NCBI GenBank assembly: GCA_964016885.1
Contig: OZ024755.1
Span: 29,698,001-29,762,000 of the forward strand
Length of the DNA stretch: 64,000 nt
DNA from: Eledone cirrhosa
Taxonomy: Eukaryota
Direction: 5' to 3'
The notes under the pieces: generated by a model
Database searches by the model: none
What the model was told of the DNA's origin: nothing
The model's input: only the letters and a program-made list of their open reading frames with translations
Program-made: the position numbers and the translations under genes
Shown here: positions 26,301 through 39,999 of the stretch, in pieces
How positions within the stretch are numbered: the stretch's first letter is position 1
Layout of the letters: each line of letters starts with the position of its first letter

Positions 26301-26422
26301 ATTGTATGCATATGCATAAGTGCATTCATATGCACACTTCTACAAATATATCTGTACATTACACGCATATATATATACAGATAAACAAATGCAGACTTAA
26401 TACATACATATATTGTGTATAG

Positions 26423-26475
26423 ATATTATCCTTATCGAGCCCTCTGTGGATTTTAGTCTTCACATTTATTATTAT

Positions 26476-26479
<4 letters not shown>
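26423..26479 (+). mobile_element. Tail-only fragment of the PLE family at 31035
   Basis: ttatccttatcgagccctctgtggattttagtcttcacatttattattattacta matches the reverse complement of 31035-31090; ends at (TA)n. Confidence 0.75.
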
Positions 26480-26527
<48 letters not shown>

Positions 26528-26531
<4 letters not shown>

Positions 26532-26636
26532 TACTAACTCGGTATAGTGAACTAACTGTTGTGTAACCACTTCTACCTAACTCGTCCTTTGGACTGAGTG
26601 CTCTACCACTACGGATATTACCTTCCAGTGTTCCAC

Positions 26637-26640
<4 letters not shown>
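26528..26640 (+). mobile_element. Unique island in (TA)n, probable PLE tail fragment
   Basis: Bounded by (TA)n, contains GAGTGCT 44 nt from the end, and shares aactgttgtgtaac.acttcta with 1260. Confidence 0.4.
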
Positions 26641-26671
<31 letters not shown>

Positions 26672-26938
26672 TATAAATATATATTATATATATAAATATA
26701 TAAATATATATAATATATAAACATATAATATATATATATATAAATATATATTATATATTATATACATAATATATAAATATAAATATATAAATATATATTA
26801 TATATTATATACATAATATATAAATATAAATATATAAATATATATTATATATTATATATATAATATATATATATAAATATATCTAATATATATATATATA
26901 TAATATATATAAATATATAAATATATATTATATGACCC

Positions 26939-27087
26939 TGCTTTCCAGCATAGTTACGTCCCTTTACGATCTGAGTTCAAATCCCGCCGAGGTTGACTTT
27001 GCCTTTCATCCTTACGAGGTCGATAAAATAAAGTACCAGTAATGCACTGGGTAATTGCTGGCCTTGTGCCTAAAGTAGAAACAATTA
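26939..27087 (+). mobile_element. 5'-truncated S1 SINE within an AT array
   Basis: Family match. Confidence 0.9.
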
Positions 27088-27380
27088 TATATATAATATA
27101 TATATAAATATATAAATATATATTATATACATAATATATAAATATAAATATATAAATATATATTATATATTATATATATAATATATATATATAAATATAT
27201 CTAATATATATATATAAATATATATTATATATATACATATAAATATATAAATATATATTATATATATAAATATATAAATATATATTATATATATAATATA
27301 TATATAGATAAATATATAAATATATATTATATATATAGATAAATATATAAATATATATTATATATATAATATATATATAT

Positions 27381-29454
27381 TCTTTTACTCTTTTACCTGT
27401 TTCAGCCATCCGACTGAGGCCATGCTGGGGCACCGCCCTTGTTGCTACACATTTTATCTCCAGCCTGTATAGGTTGGCCACTGGTGTAGGAGGGAGTTTG
27501 TTGCTGCTGCCCTTAGGTTTCCCTCGTGTCTTGCTGTGGGCTCATCCGGGATCCTGGATAACAAGGTGTCTAGATGTTTCTTAAAGACATCCACCTCCAC
27601 GTCATGCAAGTCTCGCAGATGCCTCGGCAGCCTGTTGAAGAGTTGAGGGCCCTTGAATCCCAGGCTATTGCAATACCTGCTCCTTATTCTAGATGTGGAA
27701 GACGGGACCTTTGGCACCACACAGTGACGTCCTGTTCGACGGTTGGTCCAGCTCCCAATGCCAAAGTCTGGTGCTAGTCCCTCCAGGATTTTCCACATGT
27801 AGATCACTGCGTATCTCTCCCGTCTTCGCTCCAAGGAGTAGAGGTTCAGTTCCTTCAGCCTCTCCCAGTAGCTTGTCTCCCTCATCTTGGCAATCCTCTT
27901 GGTGTAGCTTCGCTGGATTGCCTCAAGCTCTGTGGTTAGTTTGACACTATGGGGTGACCACAGCTGGGAGCAGTAGTCCAGGCGGCTTAGGACAAAAGTC
28001 CTCCACAGTGTCAACATGGTGTCTCGATCTCTTGTAAGGAAAGTCCTCAAGATCCAGCCAGCGAATCGTCTACATGCTGTCGCCACCTTCATGATGTGTG
28101 AAGAAAAAGATGGATCATCGCTCATGTCTATGCCCAGGTCTCGTATCGATTTTGACACGGGGATATCGGTCCCTCCTGGTCCTGTGTAGCTGTGTTCCGC
28201 TATATTTGTGTTTGTGTTTGCAGGTTTGTATTGTAGGGCTTGGAATTTGCCAGCATTAAACTGCATGTTGTTTTCTTCCGCCCATCTGTATATGGCATCC
28301 AGATCCTGCTGTAAGAGGGCAGCGTCAGCCGGGTTTTTGATTGCCTGTGCTACCTTAGTGTCATCAGCATAGCTAGTGAGGGATGTTGTTGCATGCACCA
28401 CAGAGGGCATGTCCGAGAGAGCCACCAAAAACAGTAGTGGTCCCAGGACTGTCCCCTGAGGCACCCCACTTGTTATCGGTGTTTCCCTCGAGAGGGCCCC
28501 ATTTGCTGCGACTGCCTGGCTTCTGTCCCTTAGGAAGCCATGCAGCCACTCACCTACTTTTCCAGTTATGCCGAGTCCGTGTAGTTTGTGACATATCATT
28601 CCGTGGTCGACCTTGTCAAAGGCCTTCGCAAAGTCAAGATATATCACGTCTACATGTAAGCTGTCTAGTAGTTGCCTCAGTACCCAGTCGTAGTGATGTA
28701 GCAGCTGTGTAAGGCAGCTTCTTCCTGGGCGGAAGCCATGTTGCGTGCTAGTCAGGCGGTCATTTTCTTCGAGGAAAGTGATTAGTTTCTTTCTGACGAC
28801 TCGCTCCATGACCTTACTGATATGCGACGTCAGGGAGACTGGCCTATAGTTCTTGGCCTCCGCTCTACTACCTCCTTTATGGATAGGGCATATTGTGCCT
28901 TCTTTCAGCTCCCTGGGTAGTACACCGCTAGCCAAGGAGCTTCTGAAGAGCATCTTCAGTGGAGTTGCTAAGGCCCGCTTGCATATTTTTAGGAGAACTG
29001 CTGGGAATCCATCAGGTCCAGCAGCCGAGTCTGTTCTAATTTCATCAATGGCGTACACCACATCCTCCTCCGTTATGTCTATGTGGTTGATGGTTGCCAT
29101 TTCTTGATGTAGTGTTGTGGCATCAAAGAACTCCTCTGGCTTCGTTATTTGCATGTGCCTCAGTGGACATGTGAAGACACTTTTGTACTGTTCGTTCAGT
29201 ATTTCACATATCTCTTGGGGATTTTCGGTTAATGAACCGTCCGTGTGGAAGAGTGGTCCAATCTTGCAGTGTACTGAGGCAGTTTCTTTTGCAAATTTAA
29301 AGAAGGCCTTAGGGTTTGTTTTAATGTTTTCTATGGCCCTGTTCTCTTTCCTTGCCCTCTCATTCTCATGTGAAAGCTTGAGTGCAATCTCGGTGTCAAG
29401 TAGTGCACGTTTCAAATAGGATTCCTTCTTGTTTTGGTTTTGTTGACTATTCAT
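27381..29454 (-). mobile_element. 5'-truncated CR1-group LINE with intact 3' end
   Basis: RT ORF, short 3' UTR with hairpin tcagtc-ggat-ggctga and terminal (GTAAAAGA)x2; AT microsatellite on both sides. Confidence 0.93.
27454..29454 (-). CDS. Non-LTR retrotransposon reverse transcriptase (CR1-like), 666 aa, no endonuclease domain
   Basis: [69 protein letters not shown]; no stops or frameshifts. Confidence 0.9.
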   Translation of the reverse strand: MNSQQNQNKKESYLKRALLDTEIALKLSHENERARKENRAIENIKTNPKAFFKFAKETASVHCKIGPLFHTDGSLTENPQEICEILNEQYKSVFTCPLRHMQITKPEEFFDATTLHQEMATINHIDITEEDVVYAIDEIRTDSAAGPDGFPAVLLKICKRALATPLKMLFRSSLASGVLPRELKEGTICPIHKGGSRAEAKNYRPVSLTSHISKVMERVVRKKLITFLEENDRLTSTQHGFRPGRSCLTQLLHHYDWVLRQLLDSLHVDVIYLDFAKAFDKVDHGMICHKLHGLGITGKVGEWLHGFLRDRSQAVAANGALSRETPITSGVPQGTVLGPLLFLVALSDMPSVVHATTSLTSYADDTKVAQAIKNPADAALLQQDLDAIYRWAEENNMQFNAGKFQALQYKPANTNTNIAEHSYTGPGGTDIPVSKSIRDLGIDMSDDPSFSSHIMKVATACRRFAGWILRTFLTRDRDTMLTLWRTFVLSRLDYCSQLWSPHSVKLTTELEAIQRSYTKRIAKMRETSYWERLKELNLYSLERRRERYAVIYMWKILEGLAPDFGIGSWTNRRTGRHCVVPKVPSSTSRIRSRYCNSLGFKGPQLFNRLPRHLRDLHDVEVDVFKKHLDTLLSRIPDEPTARHEGNLRAAATNSLLHQWPTYTGWR

Positions 29455-30022
<568 letters not shown>

Positions 30023-30023
30023 T

Positions 30024-30500
30024 AGAGAAAATTGAGGTTGGTAATGGCACATGGAATATATAAGAGACAGAATACTTTCTTGTGAAAAAACATATAATGT
30101 TATAAGGTAAGGAAATAATAAAGTGTATAAAAAATGACCGGTTTCGATGGGACTGCAAAAGCCATCTTTTCAAATGTTGATTAATATTAAGAAAAATTAA
30201 TAATAAGAAGAGTTAAAATGTGAGATTTGAAAATTCAAGTATAAAATTCATTGTGGGATTTCACAGTAGTTTTCATCTTGGTAGCAGCTCGTTGACTGTT
30301 GGGTGCCTTTCTGGTAGTGAATGAGAAGTTATTTGGGGGTGTGGGTTATTTTATAAAGGTCAAATTTAACAATGGCCAGATGGCCAGCTGCTGGTCAGTG
30401 AGGGGGTGGAAGCAATATACATACATATATCTTCCTGTGGTAGGTAGGAGAGGGGAGATTGATAGAAAGGGATTTAGTGCACTTACACCTATATATGCAC
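30024..30500 (-). mobile_element. PLE pLTR, family C, tail-less copy with decayed hammerhead at 30131-30178
   Basis: Minus strand: aacat-TTGAAAA-GATGG(11 nt)CCATC-GAAA-CCGG-TC|atttt; 30024-30135 matches 17892-18005. Right boundary approximate. Confidence 0.75.
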
Positions 30501-30542
30501 ACATACCTTCATCCACACATACATACATATACATACACATAT

Positions 30543-30594
<52 letters not shown>

Positions 30595-30936
30595 GTACAT
30601 ACACACACACATACATATATATACACACACATATATATACACACATATATATACCTATATATATATACATATATATATACCTATATATATATACCTATAT
30701 ATACCTATATATATATATATATATATATATACCTATATATATATACCTATATATACCTATATATATATACCTATATATACCTATATATATATATATATAT
30801 ACCTATATATACCTATATATATATATATATATACCTATATATATATACATATATATATATATACATACATACACATATATACATACATATATATATATAT
30901 ACATACATACACATATATATACATACATACACATAT

Positions 30937-30968
<32 letters not shown>

Positions 30969-31034
30969 AACGGAAAAGATGAAACGAAATTTCATTTCTC
31001 ACTCTTAGTACGGCTGTTACATACATTTATATAT

Positions 31035-31323
31035 AGTAATAATAATAAATTTGAAGACTAAAATCCAAAGAGGGCTCGATAAGGATAAATATATATCAAA
31101 TATATAAGAACCGTAGAGCAAATATTTATTAAATAACAGATTAAAGTTTAAGCAAAGAATCGCTGCTTTCACCCTTAACGGGATCTTCTGAAACAGAAGA
31201 TCCCGTTAAGGGTGAAAGCAGCGATTCTTTGCTTAAACTTTAATCTGTTATTTAATAAATATTTGCTCTACGGTTCTTATATATTTGATATATATTTATC
31301 CTTATCGACCCCTCTTTGGATTT
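31035..31323 (-). mobile_element. PLE pLTR palindrome (130-bp arms centred on 31192, tail 31035-31060) with hammerhead-like core at the centre
   Basis: 31061-31190 is the reverse complement of 31194-31323 (1 mismatch); the arm begins CAGAAGA-tccc-gttaa-gggt-GAAA. Confidence 0.85.
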
Positions 31324-32142
31324 AATACATACATACATACATACATACATACATACATACATACATACATACATACATACATACATACATACATACATAC
31401 ATACAGAGAGAGAGAGACGGGGAAGTGAGAAAGAGGGAGAGAGTGAACCCACCCAGTAACACGATTTGTCATTCGTGTATCCGATTCTTAGTTCTAAAGG
31501 TGATGTATGTCTAATCTAGCAGACATCTTTTAGTAACAGACAAACGCATGCCCGGTACACTTCTAACATTAATCAGATTATGGCCGTGTAATATATTATA
31601 TACTGGGAGTATAATTACTGTCTAAGAAATACTTTCTCCTGATGCTATTGCTCATTAAATATCAGCAGTTTATTCCCCGAAGATAGAGTGTTAGGACATG
31701 ACACTTATTTCGATTCAAAGCATCTGCGTTTTACTAGATACATATATTTTATTACAAAAACTTAATCAAAATTCGGATAAGGTAATCAATTTTTAATTTA
31801 GAAAACAAAATTAATTTCTTCATTATGTTTTATTAGAATCCATTGACGTTCTTACACTTGAAGTGTACATATTTTCATCGGGTGTATGTTTGTGGCTCAA
31901 CAGTCATTTCTTTTCTAGTTGTGTTTGTATTTTTTTACATTATTTTGAGATTATTTCACTTTAGCTGATCTCCTAATTCTAAATGCTACTGATTGTGGAA
32001 ATTCGAGGAAATGTGTAACGAACACAATGTGTATTCAAGAAGACAGCTTCAAGACAGCAAATAAAGATTAGAATCCGGGGAAATTGATGGCGGTCTGTAT
32101 CGGCAAAATATCATTTAGTAAACTAACGTACCCACACCGTAA

Positions 32143-32207
32143 ATAATTGTTTCTACTTTAGACACAAGGCCAGCAATTACCCCCAGTGCATTACTGGTGC
32201 TTTATTT
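32143..32207 (-). mobile_element. S1 SINE 3' stub
   Basis: Only the tail ~65 bp is present, followed by (TAA)n. Confidence 0.8.
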
Positions 32208-32246
32208 GATAATAATAATAATAATAATAATAATATTAATAATGTG

Positions 32247-32370
32247 TTCTTTATTAACCACAAGGGTTTACATAAAGTAGACATTAAGGACATTACAGGA
32301 CAATACAGGACAATACAGGACGGTACAAATGGGCATTTCTGCGTGTAAAAAACATAGGATGTAATAAAAT
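32247..32370 (-). mobile_element. L1/Tx1-like 3' end (duplicate of 32601-32720)
   Basis: ttctttatta.ccacaagggtttacataaagtagac...ggatgtaataaaataa. Confidence 0.75.
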
Positions 32371-32385
32371 AATAATAATAATAAA

Positions 32386-32569
32386 TGTTTCTACTTTAGG
32401 CACAAGGCCAGCAATTATCCAGTGCATTACTGGTACTTTATTTTATCGACCCCGTAAGGATGAAAGGCAAAGTCAACCTCGGCGGGATTTGAACTCAGAT
32501 CGTAAAGGGACGTAACTATGCTGGAAAGCATGGCGTCCGACCCTCTACCATACTGCCGATCCACCGCCT
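32386..32569 (-). mobile_element. S1 SINE in (TAA)n
   Basis: Family match. Confidence 0.93.
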
Positions 32570-32598
32570 TTATAATAATAATAATAATAATAATAATA

Positions 32599-33170
32599 CT
32601 TTCTTTATTATCCACAAGGGTTTACATAAAGTAGACAGTACAGGACAATACAGGACAGTACAAATGGGCATTGGGCATTTCTGCGTGTAAAAAACAAAAA
32701 CAGAGGATGTAATAAAATAACGATGAAAAATTCCCCAATAGGGGCGAGACTTCGGAGGGACATTTGTGGAGAAAGCCCATTAAAAGGCCACAGTGACCCT
32801 GACCACCAGGGCAAGTGCCCTCTCCCAGTTTTCCACCTTTAATTTACAGACACATATTCTGAGTAGGCCCATTCACTCGGGCCATTCTTGCTTCTCTCAC
32901 CCATCTTTCAACAAAATGCTGGGAAGAAAGCACTTCCCTCTCTACCCTGATTTTCCTTTTCAAATGAAATTTGAAAAAGTTAATCAGGGCATCACCGAAG
33001 AGGTAAGTGCTCGTCTTCAGCCCTTTCAAACGTGTCCACCACACTATCTCTTTCGCCATGGTCACCAGACAGATAAAAACTGCCTGCCCTTCCGGCTAAA
33101 GGCAGAGGGCGGGGCAATCCTCACGATGGACTCAGCTGATAGCCGGATCCGTCCTACACTCTCACATCTT
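32599..33170 (-). mobile_element. L1/Tx1-like LINE 3' fragment
   Basis: C-terminal MAKEIVWWTRLKG...FVERW; 3' UTR ends cccttgtggataataaag. Confidence 0.65.
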
Positions 33171-33341
33171 TCAGTTCAAACCAGACATAACTGGCCACTC
33201 ATAGTTACGTTAAGTTATTGTTCTCAATATAAATAATCTCGAAATCTCATAGATTCGATATTATGCGAGATAATTAGGTAAGATAAAGCCTTTACCACAA
33301 AAATACAGTAGTATATATAGAGTAATGTAAGTACTAAAGGG
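33171..33341. mobile_element. Right half of the piggyBac-like MITE family seen at 21270
   Basis: Homologous internal sequence; ends taagtactaaaggg|ttaa. Confidence 0.75.
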
Positions 33342-33524
33342 TTAAATGAATTGAAGTTTATATTTTGTATGAAAACCATATTGCGGACTCTAGATTTTGT
33401 AATATTACTTTTTGACTGATCACAAAATTTAACCTGTGGAATAGTGGGGAAGATATATATATATATATATATATATTGTATCAGATGGGAATATCTACAA
33501 CAATAGAAAATCTCGATATAAATA

Positions 33525-33712
33525 TAATTGTTTCTACTTTTGGCACAAGGCCAGCAATTCCCCAGTGCATTACTGGTACTTTATTTTATCGACCCCGTAA
33601 GGATAAAAGGCAAAGTTAACCTCGGCGGGATTTGAACTCAGAATAACAAGGGCCGTAACTCTATGCGTCAAAGCATGGCGTCCGACCCTCTACGGATACT
33701 ACCAATTCACCA
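33525..33712 (-). mobile_element. S1 SINE
   Basis: Family match. Confidence 0.92.
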
Positions 33713-33789
33713 AATATAACTGCGACAAAATTTGAACTCACATGCATAAGAAATGTTGTGATACTAACTGATGGTATTATAATGATTAG

Positions 33790-34003
33790 CATCAGCAGTA
33801 TCGGTAGAGCGTCAGACAATATGCTGTGTGACAGAGTTATGGCCCTTTACGTTCTGGTGTCAAATCTCATCTAGGTTGGCTTTGCCTTTCATCCTTACGC
33901 GGTCGTTATTAAAACAAAGCATTAGTAATGCACTGGGGAGTCGATTTAATCGACTTTCCCCTCCCACAAAATTGCTGGCCTTGTGCCTAAATCAGAAACC
34001 ATT
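33790..34003 (+). mobile_element. S1 SINE, long variant with extra ggggagtcgatttaatcgactttcccc hairpin
   Basis: Family match plus a ~35-bp insert also seen at 34175 and 50558. Confidence 0.85.
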
Positions 34004-34029
34004 ATAAAGATTATAAGGAACTGAATAAG

Positions 34030-34240
34030 AGTGGCTGTTTAGCAGAAACATTGCAGCGTTCGATGATTCGCGTTATTTGTTCATCCATTTTACATTCTGA
34101 ATTCAAATTCCGTTGCGGTCAAATTTGCTTTACTAATTTCTAAGTTCCATGAACTAAAACACCAGTGATGTACTGGGGGTCGATTTAGTTGACTCACTCC
34201 TGTCAGCCAAATTTCTGGCTTTGTGCCTTAATTAGAAAAG
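34030..34240 (+). mobile_element. Old, diverged long-variant S1 SINE
   Basis: gaattcaaattcc B box; ggctttgtgccttaattagaaa tail. Confidence 0.7.
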
Positions 34241-34983
34241 ATTACGAAGCAATTAGTAATATATATTCATGTCAACTCAGCACTTTCGTTTATTTTACCT
34301 TTCTCAAGCTAATCCTTCTTTAAACACATTTCCCTAACACCACTGTTATCTAGCCAAAATCGAACTGAGAAAGAAGCGAATCAAAATAATATATCCAAAA
34401 GCAATATACAAAGACAATATGCTGGCGTATTAAATCGTTATCTTGTAAAGAAGCAGCTCACTTATCTTATTACAGACGCATGATCAGCCATGTTGAAATA
34501 TTTAACGAAAAGGTATTTTGACACATTTTTCATTTGTTAGACTTTCTCCTTACGTAGCAAACATTGTAATAAGGAAGATATTGTACTTTCTTTGCATCGG
34601 TCGCAATAGCTTCAATAATACTCTCGGGTTATTTCCATTCATTCTGCTATTTTAAGAGCACAAATATATTAATTCTTCCTTCCTTGGTATATGAAGAGTT
34701 GTACCATTTTTGTTTTGTCTGTGTTTAATTATTTGCAGCTTTTCATTCTGGCCCTAAAAAGTGTCTAGTCAAGCTTAGTTACCAACAACTGAAAATCAAC
34801 ACAGGCGCCAGAAACTCTGGACAAAAGCTATGGGAGTAATTTGTCAAGTCAAACGTGATTTCTAGCTAATTGGATACCCACAATGCTTCCATGTAAAGAA
34901 TTTCAAATAATTGTGTTTACAAATGCTCAGCGACATGACATCACACAGTCGCAATATTGCACATATTACATGCGCATGCGTAG

Positions 34984-35085
<102 letters not shown>

Positions 35086-35116
35086 GTATGTATATATATA
35101 TATATATGTATATATG

Positions 35117-35191
<75 letters not shown>

Positions 35192-35704
35192 GTATATACG
35201 TATATATATATATATATGTGTATATATATGTATATAGATGTAGAGAGATAGATATAGATGTATATGCGTGTATGTATATAAGTACTCACACAAATATATA
35301 TAGAGAGAGTGAGATAATTAGCCCGTTAGTTTGGATTTTTTTTAAACTCTCTGAATGGAAAAAAGGATGAGTATTGATGTACATGGACACATGATCCAAC
35401 ATCTTTGATTTGCCGGACCAATGTGTTACCATTGGTCCGGCAACACCAAAGAAGTGGGTTCGTGTCCCATGAACTCATCTTTTTTTTTTTTTTTTTCATT
35501 CAGAGGGTTTTTTAAATCCCAACTAACATTATTTCTATATAGTCAAATCCTGCCAAAGCACATGTTACTACCTAATTTTCAAATTCGCGAGCTGTTTGTA
35601 AACAAACCCGTGTGTGTGTGTCTGTGTGTGTGTGTGTGTGTGTGGGTGTGTGTGGGTGTGGGTGTGGGTGTGTGTGTGTCTGTCTGTCTGTCTGGGTGTG
35701 TGTG

Positions 35705-35739
<35 letters not shown>

Positions 35740-36038
35740 GTGTGTGTGTGTGGTTTAGAGGTTCGACGAGCAGGCAATCTCCCTACATGGCACCAAAGGC
35801 AACATGTTTATCAATGCTATGTTCGTGCAATTAAGAAGACAGTGTCTGCGGAGCCTGGATACATATAAACAGGTCCGTATAGATCACCCATTAAACTAAG
35901 GATAGATATGAAATGCAAGGTCCTATTTCAAAGGCTTATGTGTCCAGACAATGAGTAAAACGTTGGTTCAGATTCATTCGGTCATATGCCAAGAGCAGAT
36001 ACATTTAGAAATGCTGATTAAAACTAATTCAATCATTA

Positions 36039-36221
36039 ATAATTGTTTCTACTTTTCCACAAGGCCAGCAATTACCCCCAGTGTATTACTAGTACTTTAT
36101 TTTATCGATCCCGTAAGGATGAAAGGCAAAGTTAACCTCGGTGGGATTTGAACTCAGACCGTAAAGGGCAGTAACTCTATGCTGTAGATCATGGCGCCCG
36201 ACCCTCTACCGATACTGCCAG
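36039..36221 (-). mobile_element. S1 SINE
   Basis: Family match. Confidence 0.9.
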
Positions 36222-36742
36222 TGGTAAATACACATAAGCAAAGAATAGATCGTTCGACTGCTAAAAATAGCAGCAGCCCAGAACCATTCGACATAGGAAA
36301 GCTCAACTAAATCGCGCCGCTTGAGATGATATACGCGTGTGTTTTTCCTCTTTTAACATACGTGCTTTTTTAGTCTCCTAATTATTATTTAATAGTGATG
36401 AGTATATTGATTAGGACATCCACCGACGAGCAATACCTGATCTATATATCTCCTCACTGAATTGCGAAACAGTTCTCTTTTGAACCCGTTTCGATGATAA
36501 TAGTTGTTATGGTCGGTTCGTATACCGTAATTTGTCCTTTTAATTGAGTTCTATAAACCGAACTACCTATAGTTAATATATTCGTCACCCTGGTGGTTTT
36601 ATATCGCTTATGATTTTTAGACACATAGACATATGCATATGTAAATAAATATATATAGAGATACATATTTGTGTGCGTGTGTGGGGGGGGGGGGGTTGCT
36701 TCCAACAGAAATGGTCGCATTCTTTAAGGGTATGTCAATATT

Positions 36743-36862
36743 TATTTACGACCCCGTAAGGATGAAAGGCAATGAAATGCATTTGAACTTAGAATTTCAA
36801 GGGCCGTAACTCTATGCGTCAAAGCATGGCATCCGACCCTCTACCGATACTGCAAACCCACC
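36743..36862 (-). mobile_element. Partial S1 SINE
   Basis: Head and core present, tail missing. Confidence 0.8.
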
Positions 36863-36935
36863 ATATATGATTATATATATATATATATATATATATATCA
36901 TATATATATATCATATATATATATCATATATATAT

Positions 36936-36975
<40 letters not shown>

Positions 36976-36989
36976 TATCATATATATAT

Positions 36990-37020
<31 letters not shown>

Positions 37021-37147
37021 CATATATATATATCATATATATATATATCATATATATCATATATATATATCATATATATAAAATTCAACATTGTATGTAT
37101 GTTTATTTCAGATTACAGTCTCGTAATTCATTAACTATTGTTTGTTG

Positions 37148-37311
<164 letters not shown>

Positions 37312-37744
37312 TTATAGGATCAGGTCATTTAATTTTATATATGGTTATCACCAAAGAATTAGAGGCTTATTTAATCTGGCTATTGTCGCCTTCTGGCAGT
37401 ATTTGATCATTTGTTGTGTTTCCTTTAGGTTTGTAGATATTAGCATAATTTCATTAATCAAATAACTTGAGGTTGTTATCTCATATACTCTTTGGATTAT
37501 ATCATTACATTCCGTACGTCTCCCAATACGCACAATGCCGCCATTACATTCATGCGCACTACTACATAAAAAGATATTCACCCAGAAATAAAAGGCATTG
37601 TAACATTCATTTTGTTTGTGGGTCTTTGTTTAAATATATACATGTATGTTTGTGTGGGTGTGCATGTGTATGTATGTATATGTGTGTGTGTGTGTGTGCG
37701 TATATATATATGTGTGTGTGTATGTGTGCGTGTGGGGGGGGGTC

Positions 37745-38200
37745 AGGTCACTCTCGAGTGCTACTAGTAACATGTAAACCAGTACAACCTGTCTCATGGT
37801 CTGGACGTCGACGACTAACCAGGCAACCCCACCAAGCTTGCTTGGTGAAGAGGGTGATATTTGGACACCCTGCGGGATAAAATACAAGACCCGGCAACGG
37901 ACGGAGGAACTTAGCAGGGTCAACGGCTATCCAAATAGTACTTTTGTTTCACCTGGGAGTAAAAGACCCCCAGTTGTTGTAACAACACCTTTCTAAAGAG
38001 GGAAACTCTGGAAAAAAAACCTGTGGCTTCGGTAGGATCCTATGATGTTGACCAGTTCTCCTTTTCAGGTAGTGTTTTCGATGCTCAGAGAGTGGAATTG
38101 GTCGAGTGCAAGGCCTTACTCCATTTAAAAAGCCTTCAAAGCACAGGCATTACTTGTTCAGGTTATGTTACAGGCTTGTGTGACTGGCTGTAGCCTAAAC
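37745..38200 (+). mobile_element. Probable LINE (RTE-like) 5' UTR relic
   Basis: GC-richer island with hairpin caccaagc-tt-gcttggtg and a ctaaagagggaaactctg motif reminiscent of RTE 5' regions. Confidence 0.3.
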
Positions 38201-38256
38201 GTGCACCAAACTCTATAATCTGACAAGCGATTGCAAGACTCTTAGCAGAGTTTGCA

Positions 38257-38298
<42 letters not shown>

Positions 38299-38539
38299 CG
38301 TTCCTGTGTAGATAATTCTCTATGTTTAGCAGAAGAGTTTCCACTAATAGCAAACGTATGAAACGTGGGTGCTGACGTAAAAACCATGGATTCCGTCAAA
38401 CCAATGTTACATATGGTTGAAGCTTCTAAGCCTGAGATGGCGTCTCAACTAAGAGAGAATTTCCACTGCCATGCTGCAATCCCCATTCAACGGGAAAACT
38501 TTGAGGGTAAACCACGAGGAACTATCACGTACCTGAGTC

Positions 38540-38770
38540 AATCCATCGTTGTTGGAAGCCATTGAAAATTTCACCTGAGGGGAGAGAATATGGTAACTTG
38601 AGTACATCATCTTTTCCAAAGCCGATTAGTTTAGTAACATGGTCTTTTGGAGGGTTTCGTTTTCGCTCAGTCAGATACAGTTTATTGGGAGCTAACATCA
38701 CTGATATACACCTGACCATACATGTCAGGATTATTGAAAACAGAGCAGTATTGTTTCAGGAGTATAGTTT
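38540..38770 (-). pseudogene. Internally deleted relic of the LINE family at 40000-41948
   Basis: ILLKQYCSVFNNPDM and [20 protein letters not shown] match two segments ~900 bp apart in the intact copy. Confidence 0.75.
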
Positions 38771-38966
38771 TAGCATATATAGATATAGATATATTTGATA
38801 TATCTCACATGAAATGATACAGCCAATTTTCCACACAATACAATTAGTTAGCACCCCGAAAGTTTAATTGGGAATATACTCAGGTATTTCCTAATGTTTG
38901 TTGAGTGAGTTGGGATTTGGCCGGAGTATCGCTATTAGCTTTCTCCGATTATGTATTTATATAAGA

Positions 38967-39153
38967 GTGGTGGATTGGCAGTATCGGTAGAGGGTCGGAC
39001 GCCATGCTTTCCAGCATAGTTACGTCCCTTTACGATCTGAGTTCAAATCCCGCCGAGGTTGACTTTGCTTTTCATCCTTACGGGGTCGATAAAATAAAGT
39101 ACCAGTAATGCACTGGGTAATTGCTGGCCTTGTGCCTAAAGTAGAAACAATTA
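38967..39153 (+). mobile_element. S1 SINE
   Basis: Family match. Confidence 0.93.
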
Positions 39154-39169
39154 TCTATTTATATATATA

Positions 39170-39343
39170 TAACGAAGGAATTGGACCATAACGCACCAGA
39201 GTACTCAATACTTAGGGTAGTAGAGTGGGTAATAGGAAAAAGTATGACCCCGACGATCAGAGCTCAAGCCGTTTCAACGGCTGTTTCTGGACTAGCGGTC
39301 AAAACGACTTGAGCTCTACCGTCGGGGTCAAACTTTTTCCTAT
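39170..39343 (-). mobile_element. PLE pLTR palindrome, family A, older copy (arms ~39232-39343, tail 39170-39231)
   Basis: Reverse-oriented homologue of 995-1170 with several arm mismatches; flanked by (TA)n. Confidence 0.82.
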
Positions 39344-39875
39344 ATATATAAGAGAATGTGTTAAGATTAATTAAAGTTGAAGAATAAACATTTAACTGCT
39401 CTTATATATCCTAAATATGTACACATATGATCAATATTATGAAATATTTCTCTACACGAATGTACTGATAACTCTGAGTTTTCATCTAAGGATTTACGTT
39501 TGTTTTCATAGGTAAAGTATTGAAGATATTCGATAATGTCAACACCAGTATGTGACGGTCACTTTATCTTATCGACCTCTCGTAGATAAAAGGTTATGGT
39601 GATCTCGACAGTATTTGAAAAACGTTCACATTATTTATATTTCAGATCTTTCAAACTACAAGATCCACTTAGATCGTGACAACGAAAACAACTGATGAAT
39701 TACAGAATGCAACAAGATAATTATCTAATTAGTGCTTTGTCAGATCACTCCTCGAACATCCCTCTTAAATCTGCTATGAATTCCCTGTGTAATTATTATC
39801 ATTTCGTGTTATTGCTAAGATTTACCTTATTCTTCAAATTATTCTAACAATAAGTAGTTTGCAAATCAAGAATTG

Positions 39876-39922
<47 letters not shown>

Positions 39923-39999
39923 TATTTCATTTATATATATACATATATATAAATACATATATATATATATACATATATATACATACACATATATACATA

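Noticed and set aside
39512-39696. Possible two small phase-compatible exons (GKVLKIFDNVNT/NLSNYKIHLDRDNENN*)
   Set aside because: The putative intron is a decayed SINE, there is no recognisable protein similarity, and chance splice-like signals are common.
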